Origin: the human T2T-CHM13v2.0 reference genome, Homo sapiens
NCBI RefSeq assembly: GCF_009914755.1
Contig: NC_060927.1
DNA length: 64,000 bases
Strand: one strand, 5' to 3'
Made by a program: the position numbers and the translations under genes. Positions 1 to 12,809 of this stretch are shown piece by piece. Each line of letters begins with the position of its first letter. Within the stretch, counting starts at the first letter, position 1. The notes under the pieces were generated by a model. That model saw nothing but the letters and a program-made list of their open reading frames with translations. It did no database searches and was not told the DNA's origin.

Positions 1-704
1 CTGTCTCCAACCCCATGGTTTAGGCCCTAATAGTTTCTCACTAGCTTCCTAAAGGGTCTGTCTGCTTCTATTGTCACCATGTTTCAACTAATCCTATACA
101 CTGCCTAAACTATCTTCATGAAGTTTGAATTTGTTCATGCCATTCTTATGTTTAAAATATTTTGATAAATTTTTTCAACTATAGAACAAAACCAAAATTT
201 CTTAGCAAAGACTTTTATGTTCTAGCTAGATCTGCTTTTTCCAATATCGTGACGCTGTTTACTAATTCTTAGGTGCCAGTCATCTGTGAACTATCTCTTG
301 ATCCTACCCAAGCACAGAGTTATTTTTCATGCTTCCATATCTTTGCATATACTCTTCGTTTCCCTGAATGCACCTCATCTATCATTCACCTGACATATTC
401 TTATTCATCTTTCAAACTTTGCTTAAATGTTATCACACTGACAAATAACGTGATGCCTTTTCTTACTGCAGAGTGTTTGCTGCATGTGTGTGTTCATAGC
501 AGGTATGAAGCTCAGTAAGTGTAGAAGAACTTGTGGGAGAAGCATTCTTTCTTTTTCTGTGACACGAATTAATTTTACTTTGAGCTCTCATTTTGCCATT
601 GTAGCAGAAAATTGTCCTAAATTAATTTGGGCTTCCTGCTTCTTTTTCTGAGGCTGGGTTTAAATTCTAGGAGACTCAGGTAATTCCAAGTACTTAGGGA
701 CAGG

Positions 705-1260
705 TGTTGTGCTGAATCCCTATTGACCACAGTAGGGAAGGTACCAGGTTCAAGAGGTGGAAGAAGAGATGCAGAGTCAGCAAACGAGTCATGGGTTTTT
801 TTTTTAGGGGGTTACATACAGGGTAGACAGTCCAATGGCAGCAGGCTGAACAGGAGAACCGCCTTACGTACAGAAATGGTATCGTGGCAGCAGGCTGAAC
901 GAGATATCCGCCTTACATACCATCCAGTGGAGATGGGCTGGACAAGATAACCACAGGGCCCAGTGGCCACAGTGGTGGGCTGGGCAGGAAAATGGCAACA
1001 ACCTGCAGTTTATATAGCATTTTTACTTGACACCCTCCCTTTGACGATCTCACCTGGCAACCTTCATCCAACCCAAAACTCAGGGCTTCAATCCTCTGGG
1101 TGGCCTGTGTTCCAATGGATGAGACAGGGGCTAAGTTGTTCCTCAGATACAAGGAATGAATCTCCGGGTTGACCACTCCACACATTCCGGTGTGTCTGCC
1201 ATACAGGGCCATCCTAAGGGTATGTTTAGCTTTTTGCTCTCAGGTTTGTTTACCCTACCA
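705..1260 (-). mobile_element. 3' LTR of an ERVL-type (class III) endogenous retrovirus; exact family uncertain
   Basis: TG...CA termini (tgttgtg at 705, taccctacca ending at 1260). Immediately inside is a minus-strand purine tract (GCTGGAGTGGA) typical of an ERVL PPT. Adjoins ERV internal sequence. Confidence 0.7.
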
Positions 1261-3170
1261 TCCACTCCAGCATACCCTTGAATGGCCCTCACATTCTTAT
1301 CACGCCAGTGGTCCGTGATTTCCCTGGGGCCAGGTATGCAAAGGAGCCTAGGAGTAGATGCCAGCAACAATATAAACTACAACAACAAATACAGTGATAA
1401 TCATAAAGCTCTTCCAAACGCTTGGAAGTTCATCCTGGATGTGCCATGGCAGGCCTGTGGTGGAGGAGAGGGGAAGCTCTCTGCAGGCCCAACAGTCTAC
1501 TTTGTTCTAGAGAAAGGCCACCATCTGTGCCCAGTTGGTAAAGAGGTTTGCTGTACACCGTCTATGGGGGGAAGGTGAGATGTTTAGTGGGTATAAGAAA
1601 GGGCACTCAGGAGCAGTCAAGATATAGGAAGTTGTGTCATTCTGAGAGCACCACCCCTGGCATAGGACTTGTACTGGTTTATGAAACCAAATGGATTAGA
1701 CCCCCTCTGCACTACAGGAGGCCAGAGTAAGACACCAGGGGCACCAAAGTGTTCCACAATAAGAGGATGATTGTTCTAGAACAAGAGAATGATCATCCCC
1801 CTGCACAAGAGAGGACCAGGACCCACCATCTTAGAAGTACGAGGGGAAGTAGGGTGCAAAACAACTGTGACCTGTATGTCCTGTTCTAGGCCTTTTCCCT
1901 ATGGAGCAGAAAAAACAAACCATGGCTGGTTTGACACTTCCAGGACCATGTAATGATGGGCTCTGTGGTGGGTCGCTCCTGTGGCAAGGGCAATAGTAGG
2001 TTACTTTGAGTCCCAGGGTAGGGCAAAGGTGAGTCAGGAATTGGACCTAGTCCCTCTTATATGAAGGAAGGAATCCACAAAGGTCTAGTGGCCTCCATAA
2101 AAGACTGTCCTTCAGTTGTCACATAGGTGACAGTGTCAAGCATCCCATGGAGCTTTGCATTCAAGAGGCTACCAGTCAATGTGCTCCGTTGCAGCCCTGC
2201 ATGCCTTCTGGCCACAGTCTGTGTCTGAGCATTCCCAGACCTCAGTCTCGGGGAAAGCATTCTTGAGCCAACCTGCCATGGAGTACTGGGTATGCACCAA
2301 CACCAGGACGCCCTCTACAGTGTCCTCTACCTGCTGCAAAGCACAATATGCAGCTCAGAGTTCTTGCTCCATGGTACCATAATCCACCTTCAGCCCCCTT
2401 CCACAGTAGGGACCAGAATCCTGAATTCACCCATTTACGTCTTTGCCACAGGCCCCACTCAAACCTCTCAGGGACTTGGGCTATACCTAATTCACAAGGC
2501 TGTCCCTGCACTGGAACACTCAAGGCTTTTATCTATTTCACTGTGACTTGTAGCTTGTTTAAAGTCCTCATCCTCCTTTGTTGACCCATCCCATTGGCCA
2601 CTTCCTGACTAAGTGCTATGGGGGCCAAAGGAGTTGGGCCAAATGGGGAATACAAGGATGCCAATACCATAAAAGACCTGAGAAAACTCGCAACTGCTTT
2701 GGTGTGGTAGGACATGGGTAGGCCTGAACCTTACCCATAATGTCAGACTGAAAGACTTTGCTGTTACCTGACCAGATGACACCCAAGTATTTGTCCCTGA
2801 GCCTGGACCTTGGACTTTGTCTGTGATGACCACCTATCCTCTGTTGGGGCAGCTGGGTGGGGCTTGCAGTTTGTAAGCTGGACTCTGAAGTTAGCATGAT
2901 ATCATCAATGTGATGGAAAACGTGTAACTCCCCTGGGTGGTATCCATGGGGCAAGAAAGTAAAGGTCCAGTGCAAATTGGCCTTGATTCCCTGAGGCAGA
3001 GGAGATGCTGAAGAAGGCATTGGCTAAATCCATAATAAAAGAGTAGGTGGCTGGCCCTCTCCTACTCTTATGTTCATCAGAAGGGAGGCAATACTGGGTG
3101 CAGCTCCATACATTGGGGAGGACCATCTTATTCAATTCCTGGTAATCTACTTTCACTCTCCATAGGTATC
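1261..3170 (-). mobile_element. ERVL-type internal region, degenerate and 5'-truncated (RT/RNase H remnants plus env remnant)
   Basis: ORF fragments 2905-3156 (VDYQELNK, MDLANAFFSI) and 2616-3020 (PHGY, HHIDDIML) match ERVL RT motifs VDYRxLN, DLANAFFSI and YIDDI; frameshifted. No 5' LTR is visible. Confidence 0.85.
1348..1551 (-). pseudogene. Internally deleted retroviral env remnant (SU N-terminus joined to membrane-anchor region)
   Basis: Manual translation: ANLFTNWAQMVAFL*NKVDCWACRELPLSSTTGLPWHIQDELPSVWKSFMIITVFVVVVYIVAGIYS*. CWxC and GLPW motifs; lies just upstream of the PPT and 3' LTR. Confidence 0.65.
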
Positions 3171-5949
3171 TGCACAGGCCTAGAGGGCTTTGGTATTGTC
3201 TGTCTTCTGGCCTTATAATGCCTACCCAGGCTAATTCCTTAATACTGCCATCATTCCTCTGTCTTCTCCATCTATACCCCCCCTCCCAGGTTGAGAGGAT
3301 TAGTAGGAAAGGTGGTTATTTTCCTTTCATGTATTTTTAATCTGTATTTCAACTCTTCTTCATTCCCTCATGGCCTTAAGTATCTATAAAGCAAAGCCAC
3401 AATAAAATTCCAGCTTTTTTTTTTTTGATTATTGTTTCATTGTTGTTGTGGCTATTGTGGTCATTGTGTTTCTGTTTTGTTGCTTCCCTTTGGAAGGAGT
3501 GAACGTAGCAGTCTATCCGCAGGAGCGGGGAGAAAGAGAAAGAATAAATCCAGGTGGGAAAGACAAATGGAAATATATCTTTACCGTATTATCCTCTTCC
3601 ACACCACAATTGACATAGAAGCCAAAGACAGAGTCCAAAACAACTAATTTCTGCTGTGGCTGTTGTTAAGACAATTTGCAAAGCAGAAGAAGTTAGTTTT
3701 TAGACATCATATCTTTCCAATGTTTTCATCAACTTTTTCTCTCTTCTCATTTTAGTTCACTCATTTCCTCCTTAATCCATCAAAATATGTTATCAAGAAA
3801 GCTTCATTTAGCAGTTATTTTCTATTAATATATAACTCTAATAGTAGTATGTTTAAAACCGTTGATTTTTGCATGTTAATCTCATCTACATTACAGAACT
3901 TATAGTCATATGCTAAAATGGGAGGGGGTAGGGAGGTATTTTAAGGCAAACATACATTCTGATTATCAAAAAAAAAATAGATCGGTTTCTTTTGTCTATG
4001 ATGCTTTCAGGGGCCAGACCAAGAAGCTAGCTAAGAAAATAGACATACATGAGACTATACAAAATTTTGTTGTCTGCTTGTAGGCAATCAGAAAATATAA
4101 TTGCTAGTAATTCTTTCTTTGACTAATTTGTTATCCAGTTGTGCCAGGGGTCGCTTTGGGTTCAGTTACTCATCATAATTTGCAAGAATAATTCTGTGGG
4201 TCTTCTTCAACTGCCAAGCATCAGCTGCCAGGTTTGATTTACATAGTTACAGAAGATAATATCATTTTAAAAATTACTACCATATGAATGTTTATGCATA
4301 AATCTTCTTTTTTTACTATCTTCATAAAATGATACATCTTGAATATATCAAAACATTATTTTTTTAAGTACATGGGGAAATAGTAAACTGAAAATTATCA
4401 ACTTTCTGACAAAATTATGTGCCTAAAGATGCAATTGTAGGCATTGTCCAGTCTTAGGACAAAATTTTACTTTCATAGGAAAAGAAACTAAATATTATGA
4501 ATATTCAGCAATGTATATATTAATATTTCTAGTCCTTTATTAAAGTTGCTAAACATTAAATGCTTTTTAAAATGAATAAAGACTATATATAATTTACACC
4601 AAATAAATACTTCGGTATTTAAACATTTTAAATTGTCATTCCCAAATTTAGAGGCCGAGGGCAACTTTTTGTTTTTTGCATAATAAGGCCAAGAACAAAA
4701 CCTTGAAATGGACCCAAACCATTTGAGGGTTTAAATATCTTGTTTTTTCAGCTGTGCATTCTAGAAGAGCCTACAGATATCTAACGGTGTACACTTTAAA
4801 GATTTCACTGAAAGGAAAAATATTGTATTTTATGATAGAAAACTACTTTTGGTAAATATGGATGTAAATGAAAACAGAAGATGCACTTTGCACTTCAGAG
4901 TTTAACTGAAAGGGAAGTTTTATTTACAAAATTCTTTTTTTAAGTCATCTAATTTTGACTTGAGTGTCTTCCACTTCCATTTGCCTTTTTGTCTGTGCTT
5001 CATGATTCCTTTCTCTTAGTCCATAGTTCAGGTACTGTGACTATTGAAAAGTTTTTGAATGTTAAATTGAGTCCAGTGTTCGTGGACTTAAATGTTCTCT
5101 TCCCCTGATTCACCACTTGTTCAGCCAAAGCTGTTCCACTCAAAAGACAGAAACATACATTGGTTCTCATATAGCTTCCACACTTAGTAAAAATATTAAC
5201 GTGCTCTATTTCCCACCTTCAACAGAGGAATTCAAATCACTTACCAAACAAATGTATGAGTAGGTACTATTTCATTCAGAAGGCTAGTTACCTGGAGTAA
5301 AAGCAGGTTGCCTTATCCTGGTAGTTTTCCCTATTGCTTGACACTGGTCAACCAGCAGGAAGATTATATTTGCCACAGGGTGATACAAAGTTGTCAAATG
5401 ATACAGTTTAACTGCCAGGGCCCTACTCAGTTTAATTTCCAAAACTGATTAGGCATTACCTGGAAGACATTAGGAGCACACACAGATAAGTAAATACTGG
5501 ATTTATGTTGCTTTAAATTGGGATTCATATTTTCAAAACAAGTGTTATAGTTTTCTGGATGTGTACTTGGTTTAATAAGGTTGCTAATGTTGGCTTTTAA
5601 CACTGGCTATTACAATTTTTTGTTACAGGAGAAAATTCAAAGAAGACAATATTTCATTGACATTTTAAATTATATTTGTACTACATATATATTTCTATAC
5701 GCGTACACAAAGAGAGAATGGCATTTGGTTATTGTGTGATGCAATATTTTGTCTACTAGATGGGTCTCACTTTCATATTTATCAAAACAAGGCACATATT
5801 TTTCTCTGTTCATTCTGATTGACCTCACAGAGTTACCTGTTGGAGTTAGAAAGAACACCTAACCAATGCTCTTCAAAAGTGCTAAAAAGTTGCAAAACAA
5901 CAACAACAACAACAACAAAAGACCGACTGTTACAACTGTTTGTAACTGG

Positions 5950-6120
5950 AAGAGACTAAAACAAATATCAAAATGCAATGCTGGAGCCAGAATCCAAATC
6001 TGGAACAAAAGAAAAAATTAATTGGACAACTGGTGAAATCTGAATAATGTGTGGAATTTAGTTAACAGTAAGTACAAATACTAATTTCCTGATTTTGATC
6101 ATTGTACCGTGGTTATTGTA
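5950..6120 (+). mobile_element. Old L1M (L1MC/L1ME-type) 3' UTR fragment
   Basis: Resembles the L1M 3' UTR motif (ggtgaaatctgaataa...aatttcctgattttgatcattgtac). Confidence 0.5.
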
Positions 6121-6127
6121 CAATTAC

Positions 6128-6299
6128 CTTCCTTCTTCCCTTTCTCTCTTCCTTTTTCTCCCTCCCTCCTTGTCTTCTCTCTTCCTCTCCCACACCTTTG
6201 CCCCACCTTCCTCTTCCTCCTCCTTCCCTATCCCTAGCACTTTCTCTCACAGCATCTCTTTCTTGTTTCTATCCCTGTTTCTCTCTCTTCTTTTTTTTT
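6128..6299 (+). repeat. CT-rich low-complexity (polypyrimidine) tract
   Basis: About 170 bp that is almost exclusively C/T. Confidence 0.85.
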
Positions 6300-6796
6300 A
6301 TTGTGTCAGTATTCGTCCTTCTGAATTTCAGAGAGTTTAATAATTTTTTATACTTTATTACTGATTCAGATTGCTTGTATTCTGCCCTTTACTGCATTAG
6401 AGGCAGATTTTAATTTGGCTATTGCATTACTTTTCAATGTTGCTTTAACACATCATAATTGTTTGTTACTTAATAAGACCGTACTACTTTCTAAGGTTGC
6501 CAGAGTTATGTTTCTTATCTTACTTTAAAGTCCTTCATTATCTTCTGAGTTTTTGCAACTCCCTGTACACAACATAACTGGGAGTAGAAATAGACACTTC
6601 AAATGAGATATCATTAAGCTGCAAGGCTATCAGAAGTTAACAAAAGGTGGACCGAAGTGTTAAAAATACGTCTGATGAGAATGATAAAGTATGAAAGGAT
6701 TTAAGAATGAACGAGGGAAATCTGTTTCATATCTTTAGCATGGTGGAAGATACACAAATGTACACAAGTGATAAAATCTGTAGAGAACTTATAAAC

Positions 6797-7109
6797 AACC
6801 AGGCACGGTGTCTCACATATGTAATCTCAGGCCTTTGGGAGGCCGAGGCGGGCAGATCACGTGAGGTCAGGAGTCCAAGACCTGTCTGACTAACATGGTG
6901 AAACCCCATCTCTACTAAAAATACAAAAATTAGCCGGCTGTGGTGGCACATGTCTGTAATCCAAGCTACTTGGGAGGCTGAGGTAGGAGAATTGCTAGAA
7001 CCCGGGAGGTGGAGGTTGCAGGTTGCAGTGAGCCGAGATTGTGCCATTGCACTCCAGCCTGGGTGACAAGAGTGAAACTCCGTCTCAAAAAAAAAAAAAA
7101 AAAAAAAAA
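6797..7109 (+). mobile_element. AluS (Sq/Sp-like), inserted in an old L1M fragment
   Basis: Dimeric Alu with A-rich linker and A tail; small internal ggttgca duplication; flanks resemble L1M 3' UTR. Confidence 0.93.
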
Positions 7110-7454
7110 GCTTATACGCATGCGCACACACAAACATGCACATATATACAGATGAGTACAAGTAAAACAGGAAATCTGAGTAAGATTGATAAGATCACTG
7201 TCAATATCTTGGTTATCCTACTATAGTTTTGCAAAATGTTATTTATGGAAACTAGGCAAAATGTAGATGTAATGTCTGATTATTTCTTACAACTGCTTGT
7301 GAATCTATAATTATCCCAATTAAGAAAAAAATGTGAAGGCAAAATAAAGATAATCACCAATTTAAAAAGAAAGAGAAAGAGAGACAGAGAAGAACCTAAA
7401 CTACTAGCCATTCTCTTAAGGAGAAAAGAAAGAAATTTATATTGTGTGGTTCTT

Positions 7455-7785
7455 GAGTAATCAGTAAACTTCTATAAAGGGCCAGACAGTAAATATTTCA
7501 GGCCTGTGGGCCTTTCTGTCTCTTGAAACTACTCATCTCTGCCATTGTAGCATGAAAGCAGCCATCACCAATACATAAATAATAACCATGGCTGTGCCCC
7601 AATAAAACTTTATTTATAGAAACTAAAAAATGAGTTTCATATGATTGTCATGTATTATGACGTACTCTACTTTTGTTAATTTTTAAAAACCATTTAAAAA
7701 TGTAAAATCTATTCTTAGTTTGCAAGTCATACAAAAATGGGACGCAAAGTAGCATTTGGCACTAAGGCCGACTGTGGCTGAAAAC
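7455..7785 (+). mobile_element. MER58-like hAT-Charlie MITE
   Basis: Characteristic aagggccagacagtaaatatt...ctgccattgtagcatgaaagcagcc...ccaataaaactttattt. Confidence 0.7.
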
Positions 7786-8184
7786 AATGACATTCACAGC
7801 AATGTAAGTGAAGTAAAATAGGCTTTCTGTTAAGATGGTAAGGAGGATTTTTGCAGTGGATGAGAAACTGAAAATGGTGGCCCAAGATGACTTCCAATTT
7901 AAAGGTCTTGTTGCTCTTTTTGTGAAATGTAGGGAATTAAAATATAATATTTTCATTATTTAAAATGTTATTTTTTCATTTGCCTCACAATATTGACTAT
8001 TTTTTCAATATTAAAAAAAATCTGTATTTTTACATTTTTCTAAACTTGAAAGCTACCTTCCAAACCTGAATTCTTCTTTACATTCTGATTTATATCTGAC
8101 TTTGGATAACATCTTCAGTAAGTTTACTTAAATTTTGCAGTGGAAGCCACAATTTAGCAAAGATCCTGGCATTCATTCAGTGGT

Positions 8185-8375
8185 CAATGAGGTCTAACCT
8201 GCCTTATTTTGTTGTTGTTGTTCTGTTTTGTTTTGTTTTAGGCTTTTAGCAGCCTGAAGCCATTGTTTTTAGTTTCTATCTCTAGTGATAAGTGGAAAAG
8301 AGGGATGAGAAAGGGGCTTTACTGGCCCAATCAGAAACAGAACTCATGACCGTATTATCTCCCTTGGACACCCTG
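8185..8375 (-). mobile_element. Short hAT-Charlie-type MITE (MER107-like)
   Basis: Ends in cttggacaccctg (reverse complement CAGGGTGTCCAAG, a Charlie-type TIR); about 190 bp; family recognised from memory. Confidence 0.5.
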
Positions 8376-10269
8376 GTCTAATTATTTTTGTCACCATTGC
8401 TATTGTTGCTGTTTGCCAATTTTGTGCAAATATAAGAAGTCTGGACATGCCACAGAAAATACGAGAAACTCAGAAGACTCCCATGCAAATTACTTCCACT
8501 GAAATATCAATATATAGTGGCAGGAAAACTTGATTTCAGACAGAGGAAAGGTTTTTTGCTACTCATTGCCACGTACCTGAAATTCAGTCTTGATAATTGC
8601 AACTTTTTATCTTAAGGCTTTGGCGCTGTTCAAGGGCAGCATCTTTGGGACAGCTGCCATACTAAACTGTATGAGTGGGGTCTGATTTGGGTTTTGTAGA
8701 TCCTGCCATTCTCCTTACAGTAAACAACACTGCACAATTATGGATGAAAATTAGGTATAAGACTTCAAAAGGAGGCATGCAAGAGATGGGATCTGAAGCT
8801 AGGCTGTAAGGAGCTTGACAGTAAATTTACCTCAATGTCAAAAAAGAGGATGAATTTCTCTTGTTTCACAAAGATCATTCATGAAACAAAAGATAGATGA
8901 CCTCAAGGCTTAGAAAACCCGAATTTCTATGAGTAATAACATTTCCATAACATGTTAAGCAGTCAAACACTGGGAATTGATGGGAGGGACTGTGTTACCA
9001 GTGACAGACTCTACATATCTCACAGTTTAATCTTCACCCCTTTCCTTTGATGGCCTCATCATTATTGATCCCATGCAGAAGATGATATTATCCAGTCACC
9101 TGTAAACATAGAATCCTGAGGCCCTAAATTAAGTAGGCAAATAACTTGCTGAAATATGTTATGAAAATAAATAGATATGGACTTTTAACCAATAAAGACT
9201 ATTGTAAGATATGACAGAGGGATTTCATTTATGAGAACATCTTTTTGAAAGGCACCATTTTCTTCTGAAAAGGATCAAAACTTTAGCACCTAAGAAAGTG
9301 GGGATTGTTGAGCCAGTACCCTTGTGTTCTCTGAGGCAGTTCTGGTTTTCTTCTTCTTGTCATTAAGCGCACACACTGAAGCATGTAATTATGGCAGCAT
9401 GCTGAGAATTGAACTGGCACTCCATGAGCATATGTCTTTTCCTAAATGCCCTCTGAGCAATAGCTGATCAATGAGCATATCTTTGCAGTTCGTGCCAATG
9501 TGTTTAACTTAGGGCAATCAGATGTAACTGAATCTTTTGCATCTTAGCTGAATATTAGAATTTTATCCATGTAGTTAGAAAGAATCATCTACATTTTGCT
9601 TAAGAGAATTTCATCAGATTCAGGGCTATCGTAGGAAATATGGGGTGCAACTTGGCCCAGGTTCCATGCAGCTGAATGTGTAGATATCTATAACATCAAA
9701 AGCAAACCTGTTATTTATTAGTGGTTTTTAAATTGAATATAGCTACATTTGTGAAATATTTCAAGTTGTGTTTCAAAATTAAAAAAAGACAAAATGTATG
9801 ATTAATCCCTAAAATTACAGCAAATTAAAGATGCTAAAGAATACACCAGCTTCATTATGCTGCATTATTAGAAGCTTTCTTCAGCCAGGGAAAAGGGATA
9901 GAATTACAGCTACTCATCTAAAAATTGTGTGTAGCCCGCAATATTAGTGAAGTATTTAAATAGCTATTTTTATCATTGATGTAATCATTAACCACTTCTA
10001 GAATGAATCATCTAAAACATATTTGATATGTCTAATGTTACATAGCATAGAGCAAATAGGAACTCATCCATTGTATCTATTACCATGTAGAAAGCATGGG
10101 AATTACTGGCTTAAGGAACCTGAGGGCTATGCATCCCTGATACCTGCAAATCCATAAATGCACCAGGAAATGCCTACAGATAAACTATTTGTCACACATA
10201 GATCTCATGTATTTTATAATATTTGAGTGTGTAAATGCTATTTTGATTTAAGATACCTTTTTAAAGAGT

Positions 10270-10326
10270 TTCTGAATTCAGGATAGATTTTTGGCCTTAC
10301 GTGTTTTCACAATTAATGGACATTAA
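10270..10326 (+). repeat. 57-bp segment duplicated exactly at 12677-12733
   Basis: ttctgaattcaggatagatttttggccttacgtgttttcacaattaatggacattaa is present identically at both sites. Confidence 0.95.
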
Positions 10327-12676
10327 ACATACAATTACTATCATATTAGAGTTTATGGAACATGAGTTTATCTTTTCTAAAAAAGGTAGTTGAAAAGTTT
10401 AACAACTACTGCAAATCTCCAAAGGTAGGGTTAGTAATGTGGCAATATTATTTCTGTCCCCAGAACTCTTATTTCACATGTGCTCCCAGGATTCTGGGCT
10501 ACAGAACAGGACTTTGTAAAGCACAGGCTCATGGTAGAAGTGCAGTGGTAGGACTTATATTTTGCCCCAGATTGTGTACTCTCCTCTTCTATAAATGTTG
10601 AATCGTAGAGTTACTTTTCTCCAACATGACTTATGATCCAAATCTTTACCTACAAAAAGCAATGAGTCCTTAAAGTGCCTACGTATGTTTCTTCTAAATC
10701 TGTGTAAAGTTGCTTCTTTTAAACTGAATAATCCCTCAGTGGCAACTAGCTCATTTTAATGTTCTTTGATTAAAAACAATTGTGATTTATAGAGTGGAGG
10801 TAATGGCTTCATTTAAGATCCTACTGTTATTAACAACACAGCATGAGAGCTCTCAAGACAACAGCATTTTAGCAGAGAATGTTATGGAGCAAATGTAACA
10901 CATTTCAATAGCTACAGCCCATCATCTTTTTACGTGCCTGAAGAAAGAATGCTGCATTAATATGCAGGCTGAACATATACATATCTGGATAGATTTTATG
11001 AAACCAATTTAATGCATTTTGTTAATTTAAACTTACAAAAATCACAGCGTACACATTTTTGCTAGATAACTATTTGGATGTGTCTTACATAACATTAGCA
11101 TATTGCAAATGAGAAATTCATCCATTCTGTGTTTCACTAAAAAAAATTTCCTATGCTTCGCATATATAGTTGCCACAGTTAAAAAATGCATTTTTTACTT
11201 AAACATTTATTTGTTTCATCCTAAACCCTTAACATTTAAAAAAAAAAGACTATCTTTCTTTACCTCCTACTATTAAAATTCATTGACATTTGCCAGAAAG
11301 ATGAATGACATGGTGATGTGGGGGTGGCAAGTAAGTGTCCTTTAATATTAGATATGCTTCAAGTAATTGAAACTATTATATTCAAGAAGGTAAAATCAAA
11401 TATCCTATCTTGCTGCCTATCTATACAGACATTCAATTAGGAAATATTTGAGATCAAGAGTATAATGCTGTATTGAAACACCATAGTTTTTGAAAATCTA
11501 TATTTTTAAGCTTACATAGATGAGCCATCATAATTATTATGAGAAATATTCTCACCAAACAGATATTCAGAGCTTACTTCTAAGACTTAAATGAATATTT
11601 GAATATAAAAGCTGAATGGATTGGCTGGAGCGATTTAGTAGGACCTTCTCATTTTATTGATGAAGAAAACTCATACCAGTGAAGTGATTTATCCAAGGGC
11701 ACACCAAAGTTGTGGAAGATCTGGGCTGATTTTATATTCTTTAGATTATCTCATGTTGCTTCTGCTGCTCTATTACCATCCCTTCCCTTTAGTGCAGATG
11801 TAAATAAAGATCTAGAAGCATCAGCACAATGACTATAGCTGGCCTAACCTCATTATAACTTTGTCTTTTTCCATATACTCTGTAAGTAAGAAAATTACCC
11901 ACTCTCCATGTTTTTGGTCAGAAACACAATTTTGGTCGTATCTCTCTCTCTCTCTCTCTTTTCTAAGGCCATTTTGTTCAGTTTATGCTGAAATGGTAAA
12001 GCCTGAATTGGCAGTGGTCAAGTGAGGACCCTGCATAGGCTTCTTGGCCCTTCTGAATTAACTGAAAGGACTGGATAAAACATCTCCAGGGAGGCTCCAA
12101 ATAGAATAGTATACAAGGCCGTTGAAAAAGTTTAGGATATGAAAGAATGACACTTTAGGGCTGCTTATCTTTGCCCCAGGATCCCAGAGTTTGCCAGAGG
12201 AAATATGGTAGGGAAGAGAGAGAAGGAGTTCAGACGACTTTCCTGAGCCCAGAAAGGAGTGTGTTAGTCTCATTCTAAAGGCAAATATGTAAATCAACCT
12301 TCTCAAGTCCAGTGTTGTTTGAACTGATATTTACTGAAAGTGATCCAAGAGATTCAGAAATATTACAACCACAAGGTTGCTAAGCATCCCTCTAAAGTAC
12401 ACAGAAGGAAACTAAAGACTTCTAACTCACACCAAGACTATTCAAATAGAAAGAACTCAAATCATTCCGAAAGCAATGTGACCTGAATGTTTCCAGGCCC
12501 TAACAGGAATGAGTTTGCCATTGTCAGTTTAAAAACAAAAAATGTTATTAATAGCCTTTCCAAATTCAAAAACAATTCCACTAAATTTCCCTACAATTCT
12601 ATTCATCAATAAGTTTTTATTTTGTACTTGTAGGATTACTATACATATACAATTAGACAATTGAAAGTCAAGGGTC

Positions 12677-12809
12677 TTCTGAATTCAGGATAGATTTTTG
12701 GCCTTACGTGTTTTCACAATTAATGGACATTAAGTAAGGGCTTAATAAATAGTAAGGGCTTAATAAGAGTAATTAATGGACATTCAGTAAGGGCTTAATA
12801 AATAGTAAG
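12677..12809 (+). repeat. Templated copy of 10270-10326 followed by nested micro-duplications
   Basis: 57-bp identical copy, then agtaagggcttaataa three times and a 39-bp unit repeated at 12718-12756 and 12771-12809 with 1 mismatch. Confidence 0.9.

Noticed and set aside
6095-6413. Hydrophobic, membrane-like ORFs (also 20057, 27743, 52340)
   Set aside because: Artefacts of CT-rich or T-rich low-complexity DNA.
6727-7161. 144-aa ORF and similar ORFs at 23.5-24.0, 30.5, 43.6, 45.7, 55.9 and 63.4 kb
   Set aside because: Alu-derived translations.
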